A DNA stretch of 51,984 nucleotides from Fimbriimonadales bacterium (GCA_051003155.1 JBPCLO010000017.1:1-51984), one strand, 5' to 3'. Shown: positions 1 through 10,393, counted from the stretch's first letter. Numbers and translations are program-made. The notes: generated by a model from the letters alone, not told the origin.

Positions 1-390
1 ACCCCCTTCCCCCCCCCACACTCCGACCAGAACCCAACAAACAAGGTTTTGCCTCGTTGTCCCCCCCCCCTCTCCCCCCCCCCCGGGCCCATGCTTTAGC
101 TCAGACGCTTTACGATAGCTGGAGAGGAAATCGCAAACCCGAAGGTTAACGACCCCACCAACGCGGACTTATATCCAAGTTTCATTTCATTTGCTCATAT
201 ATAGCCTAAAGGGCTTATCCAATTACATATATGCAAGCAGATCGATAATTGTGGACCGTTCGCATATTTACAGCCTGCAAAATCTGCAAGGCTTACCAGT
301 CCAATAGACTGAATGAATTGCGGATCGTGTCAAGTTCTCGGGTGACCTTCCTGATCCGACGCGCGATCCTCCAATCGCTCTGGTGTCGCT

Positions 391-966
391 CTATGCTAGC
401 TCGAGGCGGCGGCGCACCGCTTCTCCAGTCGCCCTATCGAACAGCCTTGCCACTAGATGGATCGCCATATCGATACCGGCGGACACACCGGCGGAGGTGA
501 CGATCTCGCCCTCATCGACCCACCGCTGCGAGACCGCCGTCACCCCGGGGCAGTCGCCCAAGCGGCCAAGCGCCGAGGCGTGGGTGGTTGCTCGGCGTCC
601 ACGGAGCAAGCCGGCGCGTTCCAGAATGAAGGCCCCGGTGCATACAGAAGCTGTGATCTGAGCGTGCGCAGCCGATTTGCGCACAAACTCGGTGAGCGGC
701 CGGCACTCAATGACAGCCGCGACGCCAGGCCCACCGGGAACGATCAACAAGTCCATGCGAGGTGCTTCCGTCAGGTCGAAATGGGGGACTACCAGCAAAC
801 CGTTCGCCGCCTCGATGGGTTCCGTGGACTCGGCAACGGAGAAGACACGGCATCCCGGTGGACTGACCTTGCTCGTGCAAGCCAGCACCTCCCAGGGGCC
901 GACGAAGTCGAGCTCCTCCACCCCCGGAAAGAGCAGCACGCACACATTCACCGGCTGAGATTTCAT
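391..966 (-). CDS. DJ-1/PfpI family protein (isonitrile hydratase/ThiJ-like)
   Basis: Motifs FPGVEELD, LIVPGG, SVCTGA (nucleophile Cys), ATTH and TSAGVSAGID. Start taken at ATG 966 (MKSQPV). Confidence 0.9.
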   Translation of the reverse strand: MKSQPVNVCVLLFPGVEELDFVGPWEVLACTSKVSPPGCRVFSVAESTEPIEAANGLLVVPHFDLTEAPRMDLLIVPGGPGVAAVIECRPLTEFVRKSAAHAQITASVCTGAFILERAGLLRGRRATTHASALGRLGDCPGVTAVSQRWVDEGEIVTSAGVSAGIDMAIHLVARLFDRATGEAVRRRLELA

Positions 967-1135
967 GCGCTTCAGTTTAGGCTTATTGACAGGCCCTTGT
1001 CGCGGGACTGGCTTGCCGCTGATTCGGCCGGAACTCGCCTTGTGGGGCGCCCGCACCGCCTTTCATGCGAGTGGCTCTCCTTTGCCTCGCCGTGCCCATT
1101 ATCAGCCGGGCTGAGCTTAAGATTAGATCAGAGGC

Positions 1136-1741
1136 TCATCTTCGTCTTCTGCACGCCAACAACCAGCAGAGGCCGATGGCGGCCGCGAACAATGAAGACG
1201 GCTCGGGAACCACGCCACCGATTCTCACCTGCTTGATGTCCTGAATATCGACGGAGCTATCGATCGTTACCAATTCTATCAGAAAGCCTTTCGACGCGAT
1301 AATTCGGAAGAAGTTCTCACCGTTCGGATCCAGATCGAAAGTGCCGGCGATCGGCCCACCCGACTCCTGGCTGACGATAATGTCTAGGGGACCTTTGGCC
1401 GCAGCGTTAAGATTGAAGATGAGCGACGTGAACGTGTTAGGCTCGGCGTGAAGAGCGATCATTAGATCGGTAAATGCACCGTCCACGGCTTCGACCCGCG
1501 CTTGGCCCCGGGGTGGAGTCACCAGGTCTTCGCCGGCGCCGAAAAAGTCGACGATTGCTCCAGTCTGGTTCGTTATGCCCTGCACGAGCGGTCCGTTGTC
1601 CAGCAGACCGGCCTCATTATATAGAACATTCTCGTCACCGAAGACATTTCCTGGCCCGACAAGTATCACTATGTCGGCACTCGCGGTAAACGCGCATAGC
1701 CCGAGCGCTGCTGGCGCCCAACATTTCATTTTTGTAACCAT
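1136..1741 (-). CDS. PEP-CTERM sorting domain protein
   Basis: Signal peptide ending ASA. C-terminal VPEPSS, hydrophobic helix and RRRR. GAAAGGGG RBS-like sequence upstream. Confidence 0.9.
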   Translation of the reverse strand: MVTKMKCWAPAALGLCAFTASADIVILVGPGNVFGDENVLYNEAGLLDNGPLVQGITNQTGAIVDFFGAGEDLVTPPRGQARVEAVDGAFTDLMIALHAEPNTFTSLIFNLNAAAKGPLDIIVSQESGGPIAGTFDLDPNGENFFRIIASKGFLIELVTIDSSVDIQDIKQVRIGGVVPEPSSLFAAAIGLCWLLACRRRR

Positions 1742-1837
1742 AACATTCCCCTTTCGGACCGCGGATTTTTGAAATCTAGATAAATGATCTCGGACGGCCC
1801 TTTCACATTTGACTCCATTTACAGGGGAAATAGCTTC

Positions 1838-2620
1838 GGCACAACTGCCTGATTCATTACAAATGCTTAAAACCGGTACATCATTCAGTAATCTTAAGCG
1901 CAGGCTGCCACTTGGTTATTTACTGGATTGTTACCGGGCTAAGCTTAATACCTAAATAAAACTGCTGGCCCACGGAACAGTCTGCGTATGTCCACGCGGG
2001 CCAACCAATAAGTGAGGAGGCGATTTCGATTAATACGGGCGCCAAGGAAAAATCCAGGCCCGAATATTCGATACTCCTCGTTGCGCTAAAAGCATGATAC
2101 TATTTCCTTGGCCAGCCGCAATTATTATTCGTACCGGTTTTTCTAAAATCCAGCATCGTAACCAGTTCCTAATTACTTGCTTTCTTTGAAGAGAGCGCGG
2201 AGAGCGCCCATTCTTCTATGTATGAGGCCGAAATAGCCGCGATCCCACGGTCATCGAGAAACCCGCCAATTCACCGAGGGTTGGTGAATGGCGGGGGTCC
2301 GATAGGACTAAGTCTATGTTGGCGGGCGCGAGCGATTTTGTGACCTCCGAGGGCCCAAGGTTCCTCGGGAACCGCAATGGTCCGACCAGGTCCTGGATAC
2401 GGGGTGTCGATGGGTTCTAATGGACGTGTGCCGAGGACAAGCGTCCGAGAACCCCCGTATTCCGACACGCTTCGTTTGCGTGTCCCCGAACCAACTGTCG
2501 ACTTAATACTTTGTCATTCGAAGGAACGGACATCGGTCGCCCTTCGTAGCCGGCATGCAAGCTATCTAGAAATTGGAAGTCGCGCATACATGTAAATATG
2601 TTAGAAATTCGGTGCCCCAA
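1838..2620 (+). ncRNA. Candidate large structured non-coding RNA (family not recognised)
   Basis: No credible ORF. Many nested stems and long-range complementarities (see findings). Putative TTGACT-N16-TAGCTT promoter at 1809-1836. Strand and ends are approximate. Confidence 0.5.
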
Positions 2621-2669
2621 CATTTCATTCGGCAGACAGATGCCTCCGCACGGGCGGTAACCTTCTCTC

Positions 2670-3320
2670 TTGGCCGAAGGCAGACACGCGCTGATCGTTT
2701 GGGGAGGATGGCCGGGGCACGAGCCGGAGCGGGTGGCCGAACTGTTCGCTGAAATGCTGCAAGAGGAAGGCTTCGCCACAGAAACGGCCGACACCCTCGA
2801 CGCATTCAGCGAAAGACCCCTCCGCGAATACGGCCTCCTCGTCCCAGTGTGGACGATGGGAACGATAACACCAGAACAGCTGAACCCGGTCCTCGAAGCC
2901 ATCAAAAACGGCGCCGGGATCGCGGGCTGCCATGGCGGCATGGGGGACGCCTTTCGCGACTCAACGGAGTGGCAGTTCATGGTCGGCGGCCAGTTCGTGG
3001 CGCATCCCGGCAACGAGGTCACCTACCGAGTCGAAATCGCCGACAAAAACCACGAAATCACCCACGGCCTGCCGGATTGGGAAGTAACGAGCGAGCAGTA
3101 CTATATGCACGTCGACCCGGCAATCCAGGTACTGGCCACTACACGCTTCCCCGCGGAGCGCCTGCCGACCGGCACCGTCGACATGCCGGTTGTCTGGACG
3201 AAACACTTTGGCAAAGGTCGCGTGTTCTACTGCACGCTCGGTCATGACCGCGCCAGCGTCGAAATGGAGCCCGCGCGGACACTGATGAAGCGCGGCCTCC
3301 TCTGGGCGGCGAGGCAGTAG
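2670..3320 (+). CDS. ThuA-like (trehalose utilisation) domain protein
   Basis: ALIVWGGWPGHEP, MVGGQFVAHP, SEQYYMH and GKGRVFYCTLGH motifs. Confidence 0.9.
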   Translation: MAEGRHALIVWGGWPGHEPERVAELFAEMLQEEGFATETADTLDAFSERPLREYGLLVPVWTMGTITPEQLNPVLEAIKNGAGIAGCHGGMGDAFRDSTEWQFMVGGQFVAHPGNEVTYRVEIADKNHEITHGLPDWEVTSEQYYMHVDPAIQVLATTRFPAERLPTGTVDMPVVWTKHFGKGRVFYCTLGHDRASVEMEPARTLMKRGLLWAARQ

Positions 3321-3361
3321 CGCCGGCATCCTGCCGGCAAAACCTGGCTTAGATGCCGGCG
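3321..3361. repeat. GC-rich inverted repeat (REP-like element or terminator)
   Basis: CGCCGGCATC (3321-3330) pairs with GATGCCGGCG (3352-3361), immediately after the ThuA stop. Confidence 0.55.
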
Positions 3362-3450
3362 ATACGGGGACTTTGGACCCAAAGATTTGCCGGATTAAGC
3401 ATAACCTTACATACTGGTAATCGCAACATGCGCTGATTAGGAGGGAACAA

Positions 3451-4022
3451 ATGAAAACGGTTATCTTGGCGTTTTCGATGGGCCTTGTGGCTTGTTCGAA
3501 CGCCATTCTGATTGACTTGAAGCGTACGACGACTTCCAGAACATTCACGGCCTCGACCTCGGTGACGTCACCATGTTCGGCGTCATCAACGGAGATGTCG
3601 AAGTCTACGAGGACCGGGAAGGAGCCGGATTCCACTCGGAGTTCAAGTCTGTTTCGTCTTCGAAAGGCACCGACACGTTCCAGATCGACTGTATATTTTC
3701 CGGCCCCATCGACAGCATGAGCATTTGGGGCGGCGATGAGGGCACTGATACCGACTCGTTCCGAATAGATGCTTACGATGCCGAGGTCGGCGGCGTTCTG
3801 GTGGACCGGGACTTCTCCATCGAATGGGATGGCAATCCCTACGAACAGTTAACAGTGTCTGCTGAGTCGATCTTCCGCGTGGAGCTCCATTGGACTGGTC
3901 CCGAGCTGGGCATCGCGTACGACGACCTGGAATTCAATCCTGTCCCGGAGCCTGCTACGTGGGCTGCTCCCGGTTCGCTTGGCCTGCTTGCTTGGCTCCG
4001 CAGGACAGCCGTTCGGCGATAA
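3451..4022 (+). pseudogene. PEP-CTERM protein, frameshifted near 3517
   Basis: Signal peptide MKTVILAFSMGLVACSNA is in one frame and the body ending PVPEPATW...LRRTAVRR in another. Adding one T at 3517-3518 gives a continuous ILIDFEAYDDFQN. May be a sequencing error. Confidence 0.8.
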
Positions 4023-4102
4023 CCGGTTCCTTTAGCCGGGCCAGGAGTCAGCTTGTGCCCGGGCATTCTTTGTGCCGTGGACAGCGGTAGAATCCGGGCG
4101 TC

Positions 4103-5131
4103 TTGAAAGCGATCGCCAAAGCCCGCCCCGCGCCCGGGGCCGACCTTATCGACGTCCCCGAGCCCGCGGTAAGGCCGGGCCATGTGAAGGTGCGCGTGCA
4201 GTACGGAAGCGTTTGCGGCACGGACATGCACATCTACGAGTGGGACGACTGGGCATCGCACCGGATCAAACCGCCGCGGGTCATCGGCCACGAGTTCAGC
4301 GGGGTGGTTGAGGAAGTCGGCGAAGGCGTCAGGAACCTACAGCCCAGCGACGAGATCGCGAGCGAGTCGCACATCACGTGCGGCCATTGCAAGCAGTGCG
4401 TCAACGGCCAAGCGCACGTGTGCATCAACACGAGGATCCTAGGCGTGGACGTGGATGGCGGTTTCGCGCCTTTCGCCGTCATCCCCGAGGGCAACGCTCG
4501 CAAAACCCACGGCAAGATCCCGCTCCACATCGCGTGTGTGCAAGACCCCCTGGGCAACGCGGTTCATACGGCCTTTGCCGGACCGGTCGACGGACAGGAC
4601 CTCTTGATCACCGGGATGGGCCCGATCGGGCTCTTCGCGATCGGCGTCTGCCAAGCGGCGGGCGCAAAAAGCGTCGCGGTGACCGAAATTAGCCCCTACC
4701 GACTGGCGCTGGCCGAGAAGATGGGCGCCGACCTGATCTTGAACCCCGCTAAGGACGACGTGCCGGCGATTCTTTGCAAGCATTATCCCCTCGGCTTGGA
4801 CGGGACCTTAGAAATGTCCGGCCACGCTTCGGCTTTGGAGTTGGCGATTCAGGCGACTCGCCCGGGCGGCCGGATTAGCCTACTCGGGGTCTTCCCGGAT
4901 CAGACGGTTGGTGTGCGCCTAAACGACGCCATCTTCAAAGGTATCGACATTCAGGCGATCGTTGGGCGGCGCCTATGGGAGACCTGGGACAAGATGGGCG
5001 AGCTGCTGTCGAGCGGCAAGCTCGACATCACGCCCGTGCTCACCCATCGCTTCCCCTATGAGGACTTCAACTCCGCAATGGACCTGATCGCCAAAGGGGA
5101 AACAGGCAAGGTCGTTTTCGAAATCGGCTAG
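4103..5131 (+). CDS. tdh: L-threonine 3-dehydrogenase
   Basis: Zn-dependent MDR motifs CGTDMHIYEWD, GHEF, ESHITCGHCKQC, DPLGNAVHTA and GRRLWETW. Confidence 0.93.
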   Translation: MKAIAKARPAPGADLIDVPEPAVRPGHVKVRVQYGSVCGTDMHIYEWDDWASHRIKPPRVIGHEFSGVVEEVGEGVRNLQPSDEIASESHITCGHCKQCVNGQAHVCINTRILGVDVDGGFAPFAVIPEGNARKTHGKIPLHIACVQDPLGNAVHTAFAGPVDGQDLLITGMGPIGLFAIGVCQAAGAKSVAVTEISPYRLALAEKMGADLILNPAKDDVPAILCKHYPLGLDGTLEMSGHASALELAIQATRPGGRISLLGVFPDQTVGVRLNDAIFKGIDIQAIVGRRLWETWDKMGELLSSGKLDITPVLTHRFPYEDFNSAMDLIAKGETGKVVFEIG

Positions 5132-5394
5132 GCCGTCTTAATGAATTTCCTCATTAGGAAGATCAGGATGAGCGCGCCGACGGTAGCGCCGATTATCGCC
5201 GCCACCATATTGTTGTTCGGCTCAATGCCGAAGAGCGGAACCATGATGAACTTCATCAAATAGGCGCCCGCAATGCCCAGCAGCATGCTCAGCAAGCACC
5301 CCTTAGGCTCACCCTTGTCACCCGGCATGATCATCTTTGCAAAAGCGCCGGCGACGATGCCGACGATGAGAAACATAAGCCAATCCCACAGCAT
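5128..5394 (-). CDS. GlsB/YeaQ/YmgE family (transglycosylase-associated) membrane protein
   Basis: Small three-TM protein with IVGIVAGAFAKMIMPG, LLGIAGA and AIIGATVGA. Confidence 0.85.
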   Translation of the reverse strand: MLWDWLMFLIVGIVAGAFAKMIMPGDKGEPKGCLLSMLLGIAGAYLMKFIMVPLFGIEPNNNMVAAIIGATVGALILIFLMRKFIKTA

Positions 5395-5508
5395 GCTACT
5401 AGTGACGGATGAATCCCGCGCAAGGTTGCAAAACCCGTCATCACGACACCTGCTACCCAGGAAATGTGACGTGATGACAGGAGCCTGCGGCTATGCGGCA
5501 GGCCCAAG

Positions 5509-7170
5509 TTACTTGGGCCCGCCGCCGAACACTTCGTTCCATCGTCTAAGGAGCAGACTTGCCCAAGGAGCAACGTCCGTTCCGGAAGCTGCAAGTTCTT
5601 CCAGCGCCGCTTTGGCGATTGGCCTGCCATTCACTGCAATTCCGCTGATCGCGGCTCGCCGGATCGAAAGCGGTTCCGTCGCATCCCTTGCGATTCTTAT
5701 AAGCGAAGCGAGGATTCTTTGGCGCTGATGAAACCTATCGACTGAATGAAGTTCGGGCGGATATCATCGCTCAAATTTCGATCGTTCGCGATGCGAATGA
5801 ACTCTTCGATATGGACCATAGCGGCGAGGCTCGCGAGCGTAGACAGAGCATTGGTAAGAATGATCCTTGATGCGTACTCGTCATTCCGCTTAGTTTCGAG
5901 CGTCCAATAAATGATTCTATGAAGCGCGTCAACGGCAGCCCGTGTTGGCTTGACGTAGGCGAACGATTGGATCAATCTATCTGTTGAATCGGCCTGTGGC
6001 TTCGATGTAATGTGTTTGAACAAGAGGCCGCGGGCGCGAGCGTCGCCAACAATGGCTAAGCACTTTACAGCAACGGGCATTTGTATTCCTTTCGTATGAA
6101 GGACGGAACCGTCGAGCGGCTCGATGAGGGCCTGATGGTGGAGCTCTGTGCGAAATGTCGACGAGCGGAAGATGGCGCGCGCCAATGCGATTTGTCCCGG
6201 GGTCCACGCTCTGAGGGCATTGTCCCAGCCGAGCAACCAACATCTAACCGCATGCACGGCTGCTTGCCGAACCTTTGTCGGTCCTTGCTCGATCGCATGG
6301 CCGACAGCAATAATCGATTCGGTTCTCCCTTCCGCTGATGCCCAATTCATTGCGAGAGGAGCAATCTGATACATCGCAAAGTATCTTACGTTGGCACTTT
6401 CGTCAGTGGCTATCTTCGCCCAGAGACCGAAATCTTTCTCGGTCCAAACCTGCGTTAATTCAGCGGCTAACGCACGCACGCGGGCGATTCTATGAAAATA
6501 CAAACTGCTTCCTTTCGAATCCCCTCTTTGACAGCAACCCGGCCACTGCGGCCCGACGCACTTTCCAAGCAGTATCATCCAAGGCTTCTATAAAATGGGC
6601 AGTGCTTTGCAGACAAACGATGGCCATGTGGCGAACATCCGGGTCGCGATGCTCGGTGAACTCTTCGAGGGGCCACCGTCGCAAGTGCGTGTAATGAGCA
6701 ATCTGCGCCACGGCCCCAGGACTTCCCGAGCGCGCCATCTTCAAGAGCAGCGGCCACGCTTCCTTAGGATGCATGACTACCGCTTCCGATGCGATTCCGA
6801 TGAGCGAGCGATTCTCATCGTCCACCAAAGGCAAGAGAACGGGCAAGAATCGAGGATCACTCGAATAAAGCAGCGAGATAAGCGCGGCGCGTCGACGTTC
6901 GCCAGAGGCCCTCTTCGCCTCTTGAATGACAACTGCCTCTCCCCGGGTGCCGCTGAAAAGGAGGTTTGCAAACTCCAACCGGAGCGACGAGTCCACAAGG
7001 TTTCTGTACTCGACAGAATAATGCTCCCTATTAATCGCGTAGCTCTGCGCGTGTGCGGTCGGCATGGCAATCGCAGCAAGCAGAAGCCACGCGGCGAAAC
7101 ATTTCAATGTCCCCGAAGGAGCGCGGGATGCAAATGGCCCATCGTCAATCGAGGCGAACCTGACGGACAT
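5509..7170 (-). pseudogene. Secreted HEAT-repeat protein split by two frameshifts
   Basis: ORFs 6490-7170 and 5697-6578 plus a third frame ending ...RRWNEVFGGGPK* (TAA 5509-5511). They join by adding 1 nt at the C-run 6521-6524 and the T-run 5718-5720. HEAT-like repeats DPDVRHMA, WKVRRAAV, ANVRYFA, SIRRAAI. Confidence 0.7.
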
Positions 7171-7260
7171 TTTGGCGTGATTATGACCCGCGTGCGCGTG
7201 CGCGTGCGCTTGACCTTGGGCTAGCCAAAGCGTCGTCCTCCACGTCGAAGTCTCGCGAAG

Positions 7261-8619
7261 CTACCGAACCCAGAGCGTCTTGATGTTCACAAACTCCCGG
7301 ATGCCCTCGGCGGAAAGCTCCCGCCCGTAGCCTGAGTTCTTCACCCCTCCGCACGGCAGGCGCGGGTCGGACTTGACGATTCCGTTCACGAACACCGAGC
7401 CCGCGTCCACGCGCATCGCGAGTTCCCTTGCCCGGTCGGGGGCGGAGGACCAGATCGTCGCGCCGAGGCCGAAAGTCGTTCGATTGGCGAGTTCGATCGC
7501 ATCGTCCTCGTCGTCGGCAGCGATCACTGCGGCCACGGGACCGAAGGTCTCCTCGTCGAAGGCGGCCATGCCGGGCCCGACCTTGGAAAGCACCGTCGGC
7601 TCGTAGAAGAAGCCCGGGCGGTCGATCCGTTTGCCGCCTGTCAGCAGCTCCGCGCCCGACGCAATGCTGGACTTGACTTGTTTGTGAAGATCGTCGGCCA
7701 GATCTTCCCTCGCCATCGGGCCGATCTGAGTCGCCCGGTCCATCGGATCGCCCACCCTCAGGTCCCGCATGGCCTCGACGAAGCTCCCAGTGAACTCGGA
7801 TTCGATTCGCTTGTCGACGATAAACCGCTTCGCCGCGATGCAGCTCTGTCCCGCGTTCTGAGTACGCGCCTGGACCGCCCCCGCCACCGCCTGCTCCAGA
7901 TCGGCGTCGGCCAACACGATAAACGGGTCGGAGCCCCCAAGCTCCAGAACCGTCTTCTTTATCTGCGCGCCCGCTGCGGCGGCGACCGAGCGGCCGGCTT
8001 TATCGCTGCCGGTCAAGGTCACCGCCTTTATCGCCGGGTTGCCGATCACGCCTTCGATCGCCGAGCTGTCAATCAACAGCGACGAAAAGACGCCAGGCGG
8101 AAATCCGGCATCGGAAAAGAGCTTCTCTATGGCGACCGCGCATCCCGGGACGTTCGAAGCATGCTTCAAAACCGCCACGTTCCCCGCCATCAAAGCGGGC
8201 GCCGCGAACCGGAAGACCTGCCAAAACGGGAAGTTCCACGGCATGATCGCAAGGATCGCTCCGAGCGGCTGGTAGGCGACGCCGCTGAACGAAGCATCGG
8301 TTTTCGTCTCCTGCAAAGCCAAATACCGCGCGGCATGCTCGGCATAGTGTTCGCAGCCCCAGGCGCACTTCTCGATCTCCGCCTCGGCTTGCGCGATCGG
8401 CTTGCCCATCTCCGTTGTGATCAGTTGCGCAAGGGAGGACTTTTCCGATCGCAGGCGCCCGGCCGCCGCCGACATCGCAGCCCCGCGCTCTTTGAACGAG
8501 CGAGATCGCCACGCGTCGAACGCGTCCTCCGCCGCCCGAATCTTGACGAGAACCTGCTCCTCTCTGTGCACCGCGTAGTCTAGGACCAACTCGCCGCTTG
8601 CGGGGTTGATGGACTTCAT
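7261..8619 (-). CDS. NAD(P)-dependent succinate-semialdehyde dehydrogenase-type aldehyde dehydrogenase
   Basis: MKSINPASG start; IMPWNFP, LKHASNVP, LELGGSDP, QNAGQSCIAAKR and EETFGPV motifs. Confidence 0.92.
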   Translation of the reverse strand: MKSINPASGELVLDYAVHREEQVLVKIRAAEDAFDAWRSRSFKERGAAMSAAAGRLRSEKSSLAQLITTEMGKPIAQAEAEIEKCAWGCEHYAEHAARYLALQETKTDASFSGVAYQPLGAILAIMPWNFPFWQVFRFAAPALMAGNVAVLKHASNVPGCAVAIEKLFSDAGFPPGVFSSLLIDSSAIEGVIGNPAIKAVTLTGSDKAGRSVAAAAGAQIKKTVLELGGSDPFIVLADADLEQAVAGAVQARTQNAGQSCIAAKRFIVDKRIESEFTGSFVEAMRDLRVGDPMDRATQIGPMAREDLADDLHKQVKSSIASGAELLTGGKRIDRPGFFYEPTVLSKVGPGMAAFDEETFGPVAAVIAADDEDDAIELANRTTFGLGATIWSSAPDRARELAMRVDAGSVFVNGIVKSDPRLPCGGVKNSGYGRELSAEGIREFVNIKTLWVR

Positions 8620-8649
8620 TGTTCCTTCTACGTGGTATATACCCGTGGC

Positions 8650-9096
8650 ATGGACAGAAGCATCGTCGCCGAAGTGCTGAAGCAAGTCTGGGAGGGCGAT
8701 GACATTCCTGCGCCGGCCCCTCTTCTGCGCATGGCCGCCGCGCAGGCTGCCGAAAAACTCCCGGGCACCCCATATTCGATTCTCACCAACCTCGCGCACG
8801 CTGAGTTCTGGCAGCGCATCTGGCTCAACCGCCTCCAGGGTATCAAGGCATCGAGTTTTATGGAGGACTGGCGCGTGCCCCACCTCGAAGAATGGCCCGT
8901 TATCAGAAGGGCCTTCCTAACCGGAATGGAGCAGGCAATGGCAATGGCAAGCGCGAAGCAACTCAACCACAAGATGAAATCCGACCCTGCGGCTGTCGCG
9001 ACTCTTCTCAACATCGCTGTCCACAACGCATATCATCTTGGCCAGATCAATGTGCTGAAGCGGATGCAGAGGCTGCAGAAGCAATCGAAGGGATAA
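8650..9096 (+). CDS. DinB family protein
   Basis: YSILTNLAHAEFWQ and HNAYHLGQI His motifs. Confidence 0.85.
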   Translation: MDRSIVAEVLKQVWEGDDIPAPAPLLRMAAAQAAEKLPGTPYSILTNLAHAEFWQRIWLNRLQGIKASSFMEDWRVPHLEEWPVIRRAFLTGMEQAMAMASAKQLNHKMKSDPAAVATLLNIAVHNAYHLGQINVLKRMQRLQKQSKG

Positions 9097-9137
9097 CTGG
9101 TCGAATCTGCAGGCAGTATAATTTACGTCCTCTCCAT

Positions 9138-10388
9138 ATGATTGCTGTCAACGAAGCCAGCCGGGTCGCAGCCTGCTTTAAAATCGACCAGCCGATCGAA
9201 GTATGTGACTTCGCAGGCAAGGGAAATATCAACCTTGATACATTCCTCGTCGCCGCGGGTTCGGAAAGGCGCAACTACCTGCTCCAGAGGGTCAACACGG
9301 AAGTTTTCCCGATGGCGGACCGCGTGATGGCCGGCATGATGGCCTCGATCACGGCTCAGCGGCAATCGCTCCTTTCGGGCGTCATCAACGCCGAGATCGG
9401 CTGGAAAGCGCTCGAGCTTGTGCCGACCCACGAGGGGACGTTCTATCACGAAACGATGAACGGCGCGCCCAAGGCGACGTGGCGGCTCATCCAGTTCATC
9501 GAAGACACGGTTTCTTATAAGAGCCTATCGGAGGTCCCCGAGGCGCACCGGCTTGGAATCGCCAAGGAAGTGGGCCGCGGACTGGCGATTTATTCCGATC
9601 TGACGGCCTCGATCGACCCCGAGGCGGTTCCCGTTTCCCTTCCCGGATATCGCAACACGCGGCTCTACTACAGCCTGTTCAAGGCCGCCCTGGACGGACA
9701 TCGCCGCCATGAGAGCATTGCTGGCCTATTGCCCAAATGTCCCGAAACCCGCGCCTCTTGCGAGAGGCATTTTTTGTGCGCTCTGTCTGAAGAGGAACGG
9801 ATCGTCCGCAAGCAAGAACCTGACGTTCAGTGGATGATCGACCTCGCTTTGGAGCACGAGCCGCTCGCGCTCTCGCTTCAGGATGCCGTCGAAACCGGCG
9901 AAATTCGACGAACGGTTATTCACGGCGACACGAAGATCGAAAACTTCCTCTTCGACAATGCCTTCGGCAAGGTCATTTCGCTCGTCGATCTCGACACGGT
10001 GATGCCGCTGACTTGGCTCGCCGATTGGGGCGACATGGTCCGCTCTCTTAGCAACGTCGCCGGCGAGAAGGAGACGGATTGCTCCAAGGTCCAGGTGGAC
10101 AGCGACGTATACCGAGCCGTTACTGTGGGCTTCCTCTCCACCGCATCCACTCCGACCGAAGCCGAAATCCGTCGGATGCCTACAGCCGTGCAGGTCATCG
10201 CGATGGAGCTCGGAGTTCGGTTCCTCGCGGATTACCTTCGAGGCGACACGTACTTCGGACTCGGTCCGAACGACCCGCACGACTTGAACAAGATTCGCGC
10301 CATGGTTCAACTCACGCTCTTCAAAAAGCTGCTCGAGCACGAGGCCGAAGCGAACGACCTTGTGGAGGCACACTTAGCTCGGCGCTGA
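9138..10388 (+). CDS. APH/choline-kinase-fold phosphotransferase (N-acetylhexosamine 1-kinase-like)
   Basis: GNINLDTF, YLLQRVN, HGDTKIENFLFD, DLDTVM and RFLADYLRGDTYF motifs. Confidence 0.85.
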   Translation: MIAVNEASRVAACFKIDQPIEVCDFAGKGNINLDTFLVAAGSERRNYLLQRVNTEVFPMADRVMAGMMASITAQRQSLLSGVINAEIGWKALELVPTHEGTFYHETMNGAPKATWRLIQFIEDTVSYKSLSEVPEAHRLGIAKEVGRGLAIYSDLTASIDPEAVPVSLPGYRNTRLYYSLFKAALDGHRRHESIAGLLPKCPETRASCERHFLCALSEEERIVRKQEPDVQWMIDLALEHEPLALSLQDAVETGEIRRTVIHGDTKIENFLFDNAFGKVISLVDLDTVMPLTWLADWGDMVRSLSNVAGEKETDCSKVQVDSDVYRAVTVGFLSTASTPTEAEIRRMPTAVQVIAMELGVRFLADYLRGDTYFGLGPNDPHDLNKIRAMVQLTLFKKLLEHEAEANDLVEAHLARR

Positions 10389-10393
10389 TCGCC

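Noticed and set aside
1..90. Poly-C low-complexity tract
   Set aside because: Looks like a contig-end or base-calling artefact; no biological feature can be supported.
1838..2620. RNase P RNA, group I intron or group II intron identity
   Set aside because: No GAGGAAAGTCC motif, no convincing domain V, only a partial S-like AGACTTAGTCC on the minus strand without a matching R element, and no interrupted host gene.
7190..7209. (GCGTGC)x3 microsatellite
   Set aside because: Too short to support phase variation or any function.
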